From positions 150,047-214,046 of IMG/VR virus record IMGVR_UViG_3300010167_001484: a stretch of 64,000 nucleotides of DNA. The stretch is one strand, 5' to 3'. Origin of the DNA: a virus. Its lineage: Duplodnaviria > Caudoviricetes. Below, one piece after another: positions 51,152-61,537 of the stretch; position 1 is the stretch's first letter; every line of letters starts with the position of its first letter. The position numbers and the translations under genes were made by a program. Under the pieces are notes generated by a model that saw nothing but the letters and a program-made list of their open reading frames with translations, ran no database searches and was not told the DNA's origin.

Positions 51152-51910
51152 TTGACTTCATTGGAAAGATTACTCAATTTCTTAGAACAATTTCAACTTG
51201 TTATATATCCTTCATTGATAGGACTGTATGTTGTTGGATATAATCTATATAAGAAATTTCGTGAGAAACACAATGAACTTGTAGCTAAAGATAAAGCTAA
51301 AGAGATAAAAAATAAACAGGATAAATATACTGCTTGGGAACATGCCGCTTCACTTGAAATAATAGTGAGAATTAAAAACATGTGTAACTTATATAGAGAT
51401 AAAAGTTCGGCAGATAGAGTTTCTTATGTACAAATTGAGAATGTTTCAAATCAATCATCCAATATGGGTAATATATTTATATCTTGTTTAGCTGAAGATG
51501 ATAGATATGGTAAATTACCTAAAGATATAAGAAGATTACAGCGAATTGCATATAGCCATCTAGCCGAATGGGTAGATAAATTAAAAGTTATACATGAAGA
51601 GGGAAACGATGATGTATTAGAAATAACTAGTAACGATGATCTACTTAGAATTGTTAATTTTATATATACAATTCCTATAGGTAGTCAATTAGCTGTTTCT
51701 GTATATGATAATCACCATATATTCATTGGAGTATGTATATTTGAGTATGCTAAGGCGGATTTCAATAATGCTGAATCATCTGAAGAAAGAAGACATCTTA
51801 AAGATTTCAAAGCTGCTGTAGAAGCGGTTCTGTATAATTATCATATGATGCGTGAAGATCAAAGAGCTCAATATAGTATAACATCTGATTCAGATACATC
51901 AAAATCATAG
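51152..51910 (+). CDS. Putative holin-like protein (single N-terminal TM plus GAF-like soluble domain, T4 gpT-like topology)
   Basis: One TM followed by basic residues; SADRV...IGVCIFEY GAF-like pattern; adjacent to a second holin-like gene. Confidence 0.45.
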   Translation: MTSLERLLNFLEQFQLVIYPSLIGLYVVGYNLYKKFREKHNELVAKDKAKEIKNKQDKYTAWEHAASLEIIVRIKNMCNLYRDKSSADRVSYVQIENVSNQSSNMGNIFISCLAEDDRYGKLPKDIRRLQRIAYSHLAEWVDKLKVIHEEGNDDVLEITSNDDLLRIVNFIYTIPIGSQLAVSVYDNHHIFIGVCIFEYAKADFNNAESSEERRHLKDFKAAVEAVLYNYHMMREDQRAQYSITSDSDTSKS

Positions 51911-51936
51911 TAAATTTTTTAAAAGGAGATATTATA

Positions 51937-52347
51937 ATGGATATGGTCTTACAGTGGGTTCTAGGTGTTTTAGCTACAATAATCACAGCGATTATTTCAG
52001 GTGTTCTAATTCCTATGGTAGTCAAATATCTTAATGCTAAAACTAACAATGAGAATGTTCAAGCAGTAATAACAGAATTGGGTGAAACAGTTTCAACTAG
52101 TGTAGGTTACATCAATAAAACAATTGTTGATCAAGCTAAAGAAGGCGGTACATGGAATGATGAGGCTAAGAGTTTAGCACTTAAAGAAGCTGTGAAGAAT
52201 GTAATTGAAGGTTTATCTCTTACAACTAAGGAAATCATTGGACATGATAAACTTGATTTAGAAAATATTGTGATAAGGCGTATTGAGGCTGAATTAGATG
52301 CAAGAAATGCTACTAAAGAGCAATGGAAACTATTTGGTAATAACTAG
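51937..52347 (+). CDS. Holin (LL-H-like)
   Basis: Single N-terminal TM followed by an amphipathic region ending IEA, as in Bacillota phage holins. Confidence 0.6.
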   Translation: MDMVLQWVLGVLATIITAIISGVLIPMVVKYLNAKTNNENVQAVITELGETVSTSVGYINKTIVDQAKEGGTWNDEAKSLALKEAVKNVIEGLSLTTKEIIGHDKLDLENIVIRRIEAELDARNATKEQWKLFGNN

Positions 52348-52375
52348 CTCTTTAGATTAAGGAGGGTTAAGATAG

Positions 52376-53221
52376 ATGAAAATAAAAAGAAGTATAAAGT
52401 CGTCTAATTATGAATGGAATTATGAGGATATTCCGGAGGATATTAGTCGCAATGTTGATCCTGATGGTTATATTGATACTATAGGTGCAAGTATAACTGC
52501 TAATTGTATGTCTAGAGCTGCAGAGATGGGATATACTCTAAAAGATCTTGTTGATACATATAGAGATGAAACAGGTGAAGAACCTATGAGTGATGATCAA
52601 GGTGTTATGCGTAGATTTCGTCGATGGTGTGATGAATATGTTGGTGAAGATGAACCTATAGCAAGCTCTATTGATTGGGATGAAGATGATTTGAACTATA
52701 CAGATATTCCTGAAGATGTTAGCACTTTAGTTGATCCTGATGGTTATATAGATGAAATAACAGCTTCAGAAGCTCCTTATTACTGTTATAAAGATGGACC
52801 TACATATAATCCTGTAGGTATTCGGGAAGATGGTACATATGGTGATTTATCTCCTAATTATGATGAAGATGATCCTGACTATGATTCATCACCATTGGAT
52901 GACGATGAGATATATGGTGCTTATGAAGATGATAACATGGAGATGTGTAAACGGTGTGGAATTGCGTATGTTTCACCTGGAGTATTCTATTGCGATGAGT
53001 GTGAATCCACAATGAGTCCTGAAGAGCGTGAATATTTTGATGCTACATCAATCGATGTGTATGATAAAGATATATATAATGATGATTATGACGATGATTA
53101 TGAAACCCGAGATGATAGTAGTTATTACGGTGATGCCGAAGATCAGTATACTAGAATAATGGAAGATTACGATGACGAGGGCTATAATTATTATGATGAT
53201 TATGGTCTTGTAACAATGTGA
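52376..53221 (+). CDS. Very acidic leader-bearing protein (MKIKRSIKSS) with an internal duplication
   Basis: NY.DIPED.S..VDPDGYID twice; ITAN, IASS, ITAS and IYGA motifs; CKRC/CDEC finger. Confidence 0.65.
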   Translation: MKIKRSIKSSNYEWNYEDIPEDISRNVDPDGYIDTIGASITANCMSRAAEMGYTLKDLVDTYRDETGEEPMSDDQGVMRRFRRWCDEYVGEDEPIASSIDWDEDDLNYTDIPEDVSTLVDPDGYIDEITASEAPYYCYKDGPTYNPVGIREDGTYGDLSPNYDEDDPDYDSSPLDDDEIYGAYEDDNMEMCKRCGIAYVSPGVFYCDECESTMSPEEREYFDATSIDVYDKDIYNDDYDDDYETRDDSSYYGDAEDQYTRIMEDYDDEGYNYYDDYGLVTM

Positions 53222-53237
53222 AATAGGGAGTATTATT

Positions 53238-53669
53238 TTGAAAATACTTATTAGATCGTCAATTGAATCTTTAAATAGTGCTACAAATACTGTTAATATG
53301 GCAGCGTTTTCTGATATACCTGAACCTAATTTGAATCCTCCAGAATATGATGATGAAGATACTGATACATATGCAGAAATTGTAATCAATTTCACTGGAG
53401 ATGTATTAATAGAAGATAATACAAGTATAGATGACTCAGAAGTTTCTTATGATGTTGAAACAAACACTATCATGGACGATAATAGCATTATTGAAGATTT
53501 CTATGAAGTGTTATTTCGTAATTATGCTGATCAGATCCCAGGACCTGGTATTTATTTGATGTCAGGTGATGCAACAATTAAATATGTAATATCTGGTTTT
53601 GATTATGATATTAATACTGATTTAGATATGAATGGTTCAGAAATTAATGTAGGTTTCTCCCGTAAGTGA
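53238..53669 (+). CDS. Leader-bearing acidic protein (MKILIRSS)
   Basis: TTG start after GGGAG; leader motif. Confidence 0.6.
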   Translation: MKILIRSSIESLNSATNTVNMAAFSDIPEPNLNPPEYDDEDTDTYAEIVINFTGDVLIEDNTSIDDSEVSYDVETNTIMDDNSIIEDFYEVLFRNYADQIPGPGIYLMSGDATIKYVISGFDYDINTDLDMNGSEINVGFSRK

Positions 53670-53699
53670 ATGTACCTCAGCTGCATTCATTCTTTCCTT

Positions 53700-53751
53700 A
53701 TTATAGCGTTTGATGGTTGCGTCCGCCGTCAGGCGCTATAATTTTTTTTTT
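53700..53751 (+). terminator. Intrinsic terminator
   Basis: ATTATAGCGTTTGATGGT / GCCGTCAGGCGCTATAAT followed by a long T run. Confidence 0.85.
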
Positions 53752-53800
53752 GTAAAAAATTCGTTAAAGTATGTAATAAATCATATAAGGAGATAAAATC

Positions 53801-54061
53801 ATGGAGATGTTTATAGGTACAGGATTTTTAATAACTTGTATAGCTACTGTATGTATTCTGTTTGGTTATATTGTATGGGAAGCTGTTAGAGATTTTCCTG
53901 AAGTCCAGAATGTAATTGATAAATTACAAAAATTGCCGAAGGTAGGTCAAAATTGTCATAAATGTAGAAGTGGTTCCATCATATGTACGGAAGGACCTTC
54001 CACTTTTGTATTTGAATGTACGTATTGTAGTTATATTAGAGTATATGATAAGAAGAGGTGA
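53801..54061 (+). CDS. Membrane-anchored zinc-ribbon protein
   Basis: N-terminal TM; CHKC and CTYC motifs. Confidence 0.55.
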   Translation: MEMFIGTGFLITCIATVCILFGYIVWEAVRDFPEVQNVIDKLQKLPKVGQNCHKCRSGSIICTEGPSTFVFECTYCSYIRVYDKKR

Positions 54062-54064
54062 ATA

Positions 54065-54265
54065 ATGCAGTATTCTTATGCATCTACGAGGTTCAAAGAT
54101 AGATTTGCTTATATCGGCGAAACTTATGCTAGTAAACCTAATGGTAGGTTACCATTTCAGGTGTATGAAGGTTCAATATTTGTTAAAGATTTTGGTACAT
54201 TTAAGGGTGCAGATAGATATCTCAGAAATAAGGGTTTTGTTTCGATGACAAAAGATGAGGAGTAG
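54065..54265 (+). CDS. Hypothetical protein
   Basis: GAGGTG RBS. Confidence 0.5.
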   Translation: MQYSYASTRFKDRFAYIGETYASKPNGRLPFQVYEGSIFVKDFGTFKGADRYLRNKGFVSMTKDEE

Positions 54266-54273
54266 TAATTATT

Positions 54274-54504
54274 ATGGATGAGTTAACTTATAAGGCGTGT
54301 ATGAAAGAGTGGAAAGGTTGTCTATGTGAAGCATGTGATCCTGATGATACTTACTCCGAAGATGATACTATAAGTTTTATAACTATATTCACATGTAAAT
54401 ATAGACTTTATTATACGTTTACAGGTAAGTGTGAGTATTTCCGATGTAATCAGATATGTAGAAATTGTGATCCTGACTGTCCTCAGATGAAAGGGATAAA
54501 TTAG
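54274..54504 (+). CDS. Cys-rich hypothetical protein
   Basis: GAGGAG RBS; many Cys residues. Confidence 0.5.
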   Translation: MDELTYKACMKEWKGCLCEACDPDDTYSEDDTISFITIFTCKYRLYYTFTGKCEYFRCNQICRNCDPDCPQMKGIN

Positions 54505-56097
54505 ATGCTGAATAAACAACAACAAAAAGTAGTTGATTCTAAGTCAAAGAATTTATTAGTACTTGCTGGCGCCGGGACAGGGAAAACACACGTGATGCTA
54601 TCTCGTGTAAGTAGATTAGTTAAGGATGGAGTCAATCCTCATAATATTTTAGTATTAACTTTTACAAATGCGGCTGCTTTTGAAATGGAAGATAGATATA
54701 AATCCCAGCATAAGCGTAGAATACCACCTACATTCAATACTTTTCATGCATTTTGTTATAAATTAATTGTAGATAATGAGAAAATCAGAAAATTGATAGG
54801 ATATACAGATGTACCTACTATTCCAGATGAAGGTCAATTAAAGAATATAGATATAAAAGTTAGACAACAATTAGGTACTAAATTATCTAATGATAAGCTA
54901 CAAGGTAAGAAAACATTAAGTATGAAGGAGCAGTTTGATTATGATTTGTATTGGAAAAAATTCAAACAACTCCTCAAAATTGATAATTTCATAACATTTG
55001 ATATAATGTGTTATGATGTATGTATTCTATTTGCAGAGGATAATCCTATAATTGAAGAATATAAATCTAGATTCAAATATATATTTGTTGATGAGTTTCA
55101 AGATACGGATTCAAAACAGTGGGATTTTGTTCATAGTTTTAATGATGCTAATATCTGTGTGGTGGGTGATATATTTCAAGGAATATATGCTTTCCGTGGC
55201 GGTGACAGTTCTATAATCAAATCGTTAGCAACGGATAAGAATTGGGAAACAATTCGTTTAATTGAAAATTATAGATCAACTATACAAATATGTAATTTTG
55301 CTAATCAGATAAATATTGATGCTTATGATGCTTATAGATTAGATCTTGAAAGTATTAAAGAAGGCGATGATGTTGTTGTATTAGATTCACCTCAAACATC
55401 ATTCCCAAATCCTAAATTGTTTTCACTTATATCTGAAATTACATCTGATACATCTAATGAAATTGCTATTATTGTTAGAACTAATGCAGAAGTGTATGCA
55501 ATCAAACATATATTAGATTCATTAGAAGTAGTTTACAATACAAATAATGATACTACAGTCCAAGATTGTATCAATATTTTGAAGAGTGTATTAGATGATG
55601 ACTATATGGTCGGTTGGTTATCTACTAAATTAAATGTGTCTAAATATACAGAGTGGGTAAAGTTGTGTTCGTGGGATGAAGATTATAAAAAATTCGAGAA
55701 ATTTCATGAATTATACTATAATCAGATGTATATTCATAATATAATCAATAAAGTATCAATTATTAGAAAGATACTTCGTACTGAAGATTTATTAACATAT
55801 CAGAAATGTATGGAAATTATAAAAGAATTAGGTTTACCTAACATTGTTATTAATACTACAGCAATTGATCCAATAGATATCGTTAATTATCTTATAGGTA
55901 TTGCAGAGAATTCTAAAGAGTCAAATATCTATTGTGGAACTATACATTCGGTCAAAGGATTGGAGTATGATATAGTACATGTATTAGGTGTAGATGGAGA
56001 TTCTTTCTCAATCAGAAGTGAAGAGATGAGAAATCTGTATTATGTAGCTTGTACAAGGGCTAAATCTAAATTGTATGTATATAGAGGAGGTAATTAG
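54505..56097 (+). CDS. uvrD: UvrD/PcrA/Rep-family SF1 DNA helicase
   Basis: AGAGTGKT, TFTNAAA, VDEFQD, VGD..Q.IY.FRG, NYRS, TIHSVKGLEY and LYYVACTRAK motifs. Confidence 0.93.
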   Translation: MLNKQQQKVVDSKSKNLLVLAGAGTGKTHVMLSRVSRLVKDGVNPHNILVLTFTNAAAFEMEDRYKSQHKRRIPPTFNTFHAFCYKLIVDNEKIRKLIGYTDVPTIPDEGQLKNIDIKVRQQLGTKLSNDKLQGKKTLSMKEQFDYDLYWKKFKQLLKIDNFITFDIMCYDVCILFAEDNPIIEEYKSRFKYIFVDEFQDTDSKQWDFVHSFNDANICVVGDIFQGIYAFRGGDSSIIKSLATDKNWETIRLIENYRSTIQICNFANQINIDAYDAYRLDLESIKEGDDVVVLDSPQTSFPNPKLFSLISEITSDTSNEIAIIVRTNAEVYAIKHILDSLEVVYNTNNDTTVQDCINILKSVLDDDYMVGWLSTKLNVSKYTEWVKLCSWDEDYKKFEKFHELYYNQMYIHNIINKVSIIRKILRTEDLLTYQKCMEIIKELGLPNIVINTTAIDPIDIVNYLIGIAENSKESNIYCGTIHSVKGLEYDIVHVLGVDGDSFSIRSEEMRNLYYVACTRAKSKLYVYRGGN

Positions 56098-56099
56098 AA

Positions 56100-56453
56100 A
56101 TGGACGAAGTATTGGATAAGGTAGTATATAATGTATCTTTGAATAAAGGTACAAATGTTAGCATTAGTTCACTTGATTTAATTGATAAGGTTGTAGCTCA
56201 ATTTAATAAAAATATCATGATCTATTATTATAGGGGTGAGAGTCTTAATGAACAGGTATCTATACGTGATTATGAACTAGATAAACTAGTTTGTAAGAAT
56301 AATCGTGTGATTTGTAGAGAATCTGATATACCTGAGGCATTAAGGTTAATTAAAGAGTATAATGAAAATAAGTTGAAGAAAGAAAAAGCTAGTATAATTA
56401 GACGTGAAGAAATTATTCGGAATATTATATGTAAGATGGGTGAAAAATCTTGA
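56100..56453 (+). CDS. Hypothetical protein, paralog of 56450..56797
   Basis: N(N/G)RV(I/V)CR..DI..A...(I/L)...N...L.KE shared with the next gene. Confidence 0.6.
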   Translation: MDEVLDKVVYNVSLNKGTNVSISSLDLIDKVVAQFNKNIMIYYYRGESLNEQVSIRDYELDKLVCKNNRVICRESDIPEALRLIKEYNENKLKKEKASIIRREEIIRNIICKMGEKS

Positions 56454-56797
56454 TGATAGGTGAACCATTATATTCAGTATCTGTACGTGATGATGAAATT
56501 AAAATATTAGAATTAGAATATTTTGAGGAGTATTATAGATTTGTAGATATTAAGATCAAAGGATATCGTTCAGTATTACCTCCTCATAATAAACAGCACA
56601 ATATCAATGAAAATACATTGAACACGTATTTGAATGGGAGAGTTGTTTGTAGACAGTGTGATATAGGTAAGGCAATTGATATATTATATCAACATAATCT
56701 TAGAGAGTTGAGGAAAGAAGAACGATTAGTAGATATGCGTAAGAATAAGTTGAAGTTACTCAAATATGCAATTGATGAAAGTGGTGAGTTTGGATGA
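56450..56797 (+). CDS. Hypothetical protein, paralog of 56100..56453
   Basis: Shared motif with the previous gene. Confidence 0.6.
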   Translation: MMIGEPLYSVSVRDDEIKILELEYFEEYYRFVDIKIKGYRSVLPPHNKQHNINENTLNTYLNGRVVCRQCDIGKAIDILYQHNLRELRKEERLVDMRKNKLKLLKYAIDESGEFG

Positions 56798-57168
56798 TAT
56801 TAGGTAGTTTGCAATTAAGCGATAGGCTTGAGCTAACGAAGAAAGTATTGTATAGTATATCTTACCACCTATCTCGCAATAAAGATAGCAAAAGTCAGAT
56901 ATATAGAGTCATAATAGAGGAAGCAAAGTATACTGATATAATAACTCTAGAAACTGATGCGACATTTTGTTTTTGTACAGGTGGTAAGAGAACAAAAAGA
57001 AAAATATCTGCTATTCATCATATAATATTTAATCATTTTCCTGACTTACAGGAATTTGCAATGCAGAATAATAGATTCGAGATAAAGAGAAATACCTTAG
57101 AACATGGTATATATGAATATAGACCATCTATTACAGGTAAGAATAGAAGATGGTTTAAGATAGGTTGA
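56794..57168 (+). CDS. Hypothetical protein
   Basis: ATGA overlap packing. Confidence 0.5.
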   Translation: MILGSLQLSDRLELTKKVLYSISYHLSRNKDSKSQIYRVIIEEAKYTDIITLETDATFCFCTGGKRTKRKISAIHHIIFNHFPDLQEFAMQNNRFEIKRNTLEHGIYEYRPSITGKNRRWFKIG

Positions 57169-57267
57169 AAATTTACTAAATTTTCGTTATAGTAGATAGA
57201 GCTAAATTGTCGTGCTTATATCCTGTGATTTAAAAAATCAGTATAGGATACAAGAAAGGTATAGTAC

Positions 57268-57741
57268 ATGAAGATATTGAGACGTAATACATCTATATTT
57301 TGTATGGCAACGATAGGTAGAGATGAGGAATTGGGATTAAAACAAGTTATGGTTAATCCTGAACGACTTCATATTGGAGATACCTATTTTAAATCAATCA
57401 TAGAAGTATCTAAAGATAAGAAAGGTTATAAATTAGGTAGATTCAGTTTCACTGATTCAAGAGTATTCGTTCATAATAGTAATAATATGGGGTATCGTCC
57501 CCTGAAATCTAACGAAGTTAATTCAAAGATGGTTAAACGTTTACGTGAATTCATGAGTAATCAGAATAAGGATTTCCTTAAATATACAAATTGGGATGTG
57601 GCGAAATATTATTGGAATTATGAATATGATTTGATACCTCAAGGTATTGATGATTATATGGAAGGTATACATGATAATATTAGTCATGGATCTTATGTTC
57701 CATCTACACAAGAAATTCAAATCACTTGGGGTTTGAATTAA
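57268..57741 (+). CDS. Protein with a leader ending IFC-MA; possibly DUF4160-related
   Basis: MKILRR...IFC|MATIGR; architecture similar to the next gene (TNW.....WN vs NNW.....WN). Confidence 0.55.
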   Translation: MKILRRNTSIFCMATIGRDEELGLKQVMVNPERLHIGDTYFKSIIEVSKDKKGYKLGRFSFTDSRVFVHNSNNMGYRPLKSNEVNSKMVKRLREFMSNQNKDFLKYTNWDVAKYYWNYEYDLIPQGIDDYMEGIHDNISHGSYVPSTQEIQITWGLN

Positions 57742-57766
57742 TTTAAATAGAAGGAGTTCACTTGTT

Positions 57767-58192
57767 TTGAAGAAACTAGTATATACAGATAATCATAATA
57801 TATATGGAATGGCGTCTATAGGTCGTTTATCTGATACATTAACTATACGAGTATTTGAAGAACGTGAAAAAGTAGAACCTCATTTTCATCTAACAAAAGG
57901 TAAAGGACCTAATTTTGATTTTGAATGTTGTGTTAGTTTAAATGATAACAAATATTATGTACATACATTCAAAGGTGAACCTGTGAAGAGTAAGAATGGT
58001 AAATTAACTAAATCTCAGATGAACGAATTAGATGAATTCTTGAACGAAGTTAGATCTGATTTGAATGTAAACAATTGGAAATATCTTCTCGTTGAATGGA
58101 ATAACAATAATCTAGATAGTGTATATACATTAAGTATAGATAATAAACAACCTGATTATACAAAAATCTCAGGTAATATATCAGAAAAATAA
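57767..58192 (+). CDS. DUF4160-like protein with a leader ending IYG-MA
   Basis: IRVFEERE..EPHFHL and NNW...EWN resemble DUF4160. Confidence 0.6.
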   Translation: MKKLVYTDNHNIYGMASIGRLSDTLTIRVFEEREKVEPHFHLTKGKGPNFDFECCVSLNDNKYYVHTFKGEPVKSKNGKLTKSQMNELDEFLNEVRSDLNVNNWKYLLVEWNNNNLDSVYTLSIDNKQPDYTKISGNISEK

Positions 58193-58205
58193 AGGAGTCA
58201 AGAAA

Positions 58206-60194
58206 ATGTCAAAGATGCAATTATCATCAGTAAGAATTCAAGGTATGCACAACGTAAAAGATAAGACGTATGATCTCAATAATTTCAATTATCTTCATGG
58301 TATGAACGGCGCTGGGAAGACTACAATTATGCAAGCTATTCAGCTTTCACTTCTCGGATATATACCTGGTACAGATAAGGGTAAGACTGCAATATTCAAG
58401 CATGCAGGTGAGCCTGAAATGAGGGTTACACTTAGAATCAGTAGATCTGATGATACAGATATTCAAATAATTCGAGGATGGTCTAAAACATCTAAGGATA
58501 TTATATCTATGGTAGATATTCAACCTGACAATTTGTGTGTTGAAAATATCAGTGATTTAATGCAAGGTTTAGAGTTGCCTGTATTCAATTTCAATGAATT
58601 TGTTGGAATGACCTCTAATAAACTTAAAGATTGGTTTATGTGGTTCTTACCTGCAGCCGATTCAGATTTTGTTTGGGAAACAGTACTTCGTGATGCAATC
58701 AAAGAATATGGTAAAATTCTTGATCCTGAATTTGTCACAGAGATTGTAGATTATACTAAAGATTTACCAACAGGACTCGAAGGTATTCGTAAATTGAATG
58801 AATATTTGAAATCAGTTCAATCATTCAAGAAAAGTGAATCTTCGAGAGTACAAAGTACTATTCAAAGTCTTGTATTCTATGATGATTGTGAAGAAGGTTT
58901 AGATTCTAGTAAATTTCAAGCTGAAATTGCTGAGAATGTGATTCAAAGAGATAAATTGAATAAAGATAGACTTCTTGCTAGACAGAATAGGCAGATTAGA
59001 AGTGAGATTGATGGATTGAAATTATCTGCTAACTCTTTATTAGAAGATAGTGCTTATAACGATATGTCTGAAAGGTTCAAGGAACTTTCTGCTAAGGTTT
59101 TTGAATCTCCTGAATTTGAATCGCCCGATACTGTTGAATTAGAGGTTACTATAGAGGGATTGATAGGTCAACTTTCTAGTAAAGGGAATGAAATTACACG
59201 AAGGAGAGTTCTCATTGAGGAACGTCAGAAAGTATTGAAAGGACAAGGTATTTGCCCATATACTCAAGGTAAATGTGCTGAAATATCTAAACTTGTAGAA
59301 CAATATAAGCAAGATGTTATTCAATATGAAGAAGAGATTGATAATCTGACTACTGAAAGTGCAGATATAAATAATCAGATAACTTCTATAAAAGAGGAAA
59401 TAAATAAGATTCAATATGAATTTGATGTTGAAAGACGTAAAATTCAACAAGATTTTGATAAGGAAAGACGTGATCATGAAAAAGAATTAGCAAATGTTAA
59501 TCAGGTGATAAGAACTCTTGAATCTGCTTATGCTAGGTTACAGAGTTTAACATCAAAAATTGTTGATGGTGTTGAAGATAGAGATGATAGTTATTTTGCA
59601 ATTGAAATAGATAAATTACTTGAATCTTCTAATGATAAACAGGCCTTGATTACAAAGATTGCCGCTAATAAGAAATATAATGAATTGACGGAGACGTTAA
59701 CAAAGCAGAAATATCAAGTTGAGCAGAATATTGAAATACTCAAAGATTGGATAAGATTGACAGATGTTAATGGTCTTCAATCGAGAGTGATGGATAAACC
59801 TTTTGAACATCTTGCTACAGATATGACGATGTATTTACAGCAATTATTAAATGATAAGAACATTAAAGCTAGATTTTATCTTTCAGAGAAAGTTAATAGT
59901 TTTAGTTTCGGTATAGATACAAATGATATGAGTATTGGATATCGTCCATTTGATCTCTTGTCTACTGGTGAGCAGTGTATGTATACATTATCATTACTTC
60001 TTAGTATTGTTAAGAGCGGTGGAGTAGATATGCCATTGATTCTCGCAGATGATATATTAGACCATCTAGATAAAAACAATATTAAGAATCTATTTAAAAC
60101 CTTGTATGAAATAGAAGACATTCAAATATTACTTGCAGGTGTTCAAGGCTGTGCACATCCTAATGCAAAAGATTTTGTAATAGAAGTGAAATGA
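58206..60194 (+). CDS. Rad50/SbcC/gp46-like SMC ATPase
   Basis: GMNGAGKT Walker A, long coiled coil with a central CPY...C hook, LSTGE signature, LADD...LD Walker B/D-loop. Confidence 0.88.
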   Translation: MSKMQLSSVRIQGMHNVKDKTYDLNNFNYLHGMNGAGKTTIMQAIQLSLLGYIPGTDKGKTAIFKHAGEPEMRVTLRISRSDDTDIQIIRGWSKTSKDIISMVDIQPDNLCVENISDLMQGLELPVFNFNEFVGMTSNKLKDWFMWFLPAADSDFVWETVLRDAIKEYGKILDPEFVTEIVDYTKDLPTGLEGIRKLNEYLKSVQSFKKSESSRVQSTIQSLVFYDDCEEGLDSSKFQAEIAENVIQRDKLNKDRLLARQNRQIRSEIDGLKLSANSLLEDSAYNDMSERFKELSAKVFESPEFESPDTVELEVTIEGLIGQLSSKGNEITRRRVLIEERQKVLKGQGICPYTQGKCAEISKLVEQYKQDVIQYEEEIDNLTTESADINNQITSIKEEINKIQYEFDVERRKIQQDFDKERRDHEKELANVNQVIRTLESAYARLQSLTSKIVDGVEDRDDSYFAIEIDKLLESSNDKQALITKIAANKKYNELTETLTKQKYQVEQNIEILKDWIRLTDVNGLQSRVMDKPFEHLATDMTMYLQQLLNDKNIKARFYLSEKVNSFSFGIDTNDMSIGYRPFDLLSTGEQCMYTLSLLLSIVKSGGVDMPLILADDILDHLDKNNIKNLFKTLYEIEDIQILLAGVQGCAHPNAKDFVIEVK

Positions 60195-60370
60195 TGAAAA
60201 AGTATAATTTAACTCCAACGGAAGCAGAGCTCCTACAAGAGGTTAGAGATTTTAAATCAGGTTTGTTACGTAGAGCCACATATGGCGATTATGAAAAATT
60301 CAAACAGAAATTTATATCATTCGGTTGTTATGGTTGGGAAATTAAAATTTCAGATATATTAGAGGTATAA
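60191..60370 (+). CDS. Small hypothetical protein (not in the ORF track)
   Basis: Read by hand: MMKKYNLTPTEAELLQEV...; fills the gap with an ATGA overlap. Confidence 0.45.
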   Translation: MMKKYNLTPTEAELLQEVRDFKSGLLRRATYGDYEKFKQKFISFGCYGWEIKISDILEV

Positions 60371-60371
60371 A

Positions 60372-60968
60372 ATGGATAGTAAAGATATACGAGAATTTGA
60401 CAAGGAAATTTATACACAATTAGATACCGTTGATCATAATATTGTATATAGTGGGAATAAGATCAAACGAGCTGTTATAAAGATGGCGTATGTGAATATT
60501 GAACCTATAATACAATATTCTAGTGATGAATTATTATATGTATGTGTAATGAATGGTGCAGTCCAATTATTCTGTAATGTAACAAAACTTCTACCTCCAG
60601 CATATTGTCATTATATACGTGCATCAAGTTATCATGAAAACGAACAAAGTAGTGAAGTTAAAATTATACAACCTACAGATATGTATCTTGCAGCAGATAT
60701 TAAACAGATAATTATATTTGATGATATTTGTGATTCTGGTAAAACATTACAAGCAGTAGTTAAATATTATCAGAATACATATCCTAATACAGCTATAACT
60801 ACTGCAGTTCTTCTACACAGATTACGAGATGATGCAATATATAAACCTAATTTTGCTGCCATTCAAACAGATTCTACTGAATGGTTTGCAGGTTATGGTT
60901 TAGATAATAAAGGTAAAGATAGAACTTTAGATTACATTTATAGTATACCGCAGGATATAGGAGGATAG
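60372..60968 (+). CDS. hpt: Hypoxanthine/guanine phosphoribosyltransferase-like protein
   Basis: VCVMNGA, ASSY, PRPP-binding IIIFDDICDSGKTL, and WFAGYGLD. Confidence 0.85.
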   Translation: MDSKDIREFDKEIYTQLDTVDHNIVYSGNKIKRAVIKMAYVNIEPIIQYSSDELLYVCVMNGAVQLFCNVTKLLPPAYCHYIRASSYHENEQSSEVKIIQPTDMYLAADIKQIIIFDDICDSGKTLQAVVKYYQNTYPNTAITTAVLLHRLRDDAIYKPNFAAIQTDSTEWFAGYGLDNKGKDRTLDYIYSIPQDIGG

Positions 60969-60972
60969 TGAT

Positions 60973-61344
60973 ATGAGTCCGTATCGTATATTAGTTAAAT
61001 CAGAAGGTAAATCATATCGTCTACTTGTAGCAATGTTATCTGTAGATAAAATAACAAAGAGGCGAAAGATCTTCATCTGTGAAAAAGCTTTACCTGCTAT
61101 GTGGCATGCTACACGAGATGAAATGAAACAATTAGCCCACATGACGGTAACAAGGAAAAACTCTCTCATGTTAGCTGAATATGAGATATATAAAGATTTC
61201 TCCGGTCTCAAATATAAGATTGTAAGACGTAGTGGTGATTTTGATACATTACTTAAACAGGAATTAATTCAGTCAGATTGTCTTATAACTGCTATGGAGG
61301 ATTATCTTAGTTTGAATAAACTCAAGATGGAGCAGAGGTTGTAA
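60973..61344 (+). CDS. Hypothetical protein
   Basis: AGGAGG RBS. Confidence 0.55.
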   Translation: MSPYRILVKSEGKSYRLLVAMLSVDKITKRRKIFICEKALPAMWHATRDEMKQLAHMTVTRKNSLMLAEYEIYKDFSGLKYKIVRRSGDFDTLLKQELIQSDCLITAMEDYLSLNKLKMEQRL

Positions 61345-61520
61345 TGGAGAAAGAACAAGCTGCAGATATTATTCAAGAATATATTAATACTAGTAAAATT
61401 GATGATATAGAAATTTTAGGAGCATTACAAATGTCTGTAGTAGCTCTAAGAATAATGGGATGTGGTTGTGATTTATGTTTATCTCACAATAATATGAGAT
61501 GCCCAAAATATTTTAAATGA
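61344..61520 (+). CDS. Small Cys-containing protein (not in the ORF track)
   Basis: Read by hand: MEKEQAADII...GCGCDLC...RCPKYFK; GAGGT RBS. Confidence 0.45.
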   Translation: MEKEQAADIIQEYINTSKIDDIEILGALQMSVVALRIMGCGCDLCLSHNNMRCPKYFK

Positions 61521-61537
61521 TTTCGTTATAATATAGT

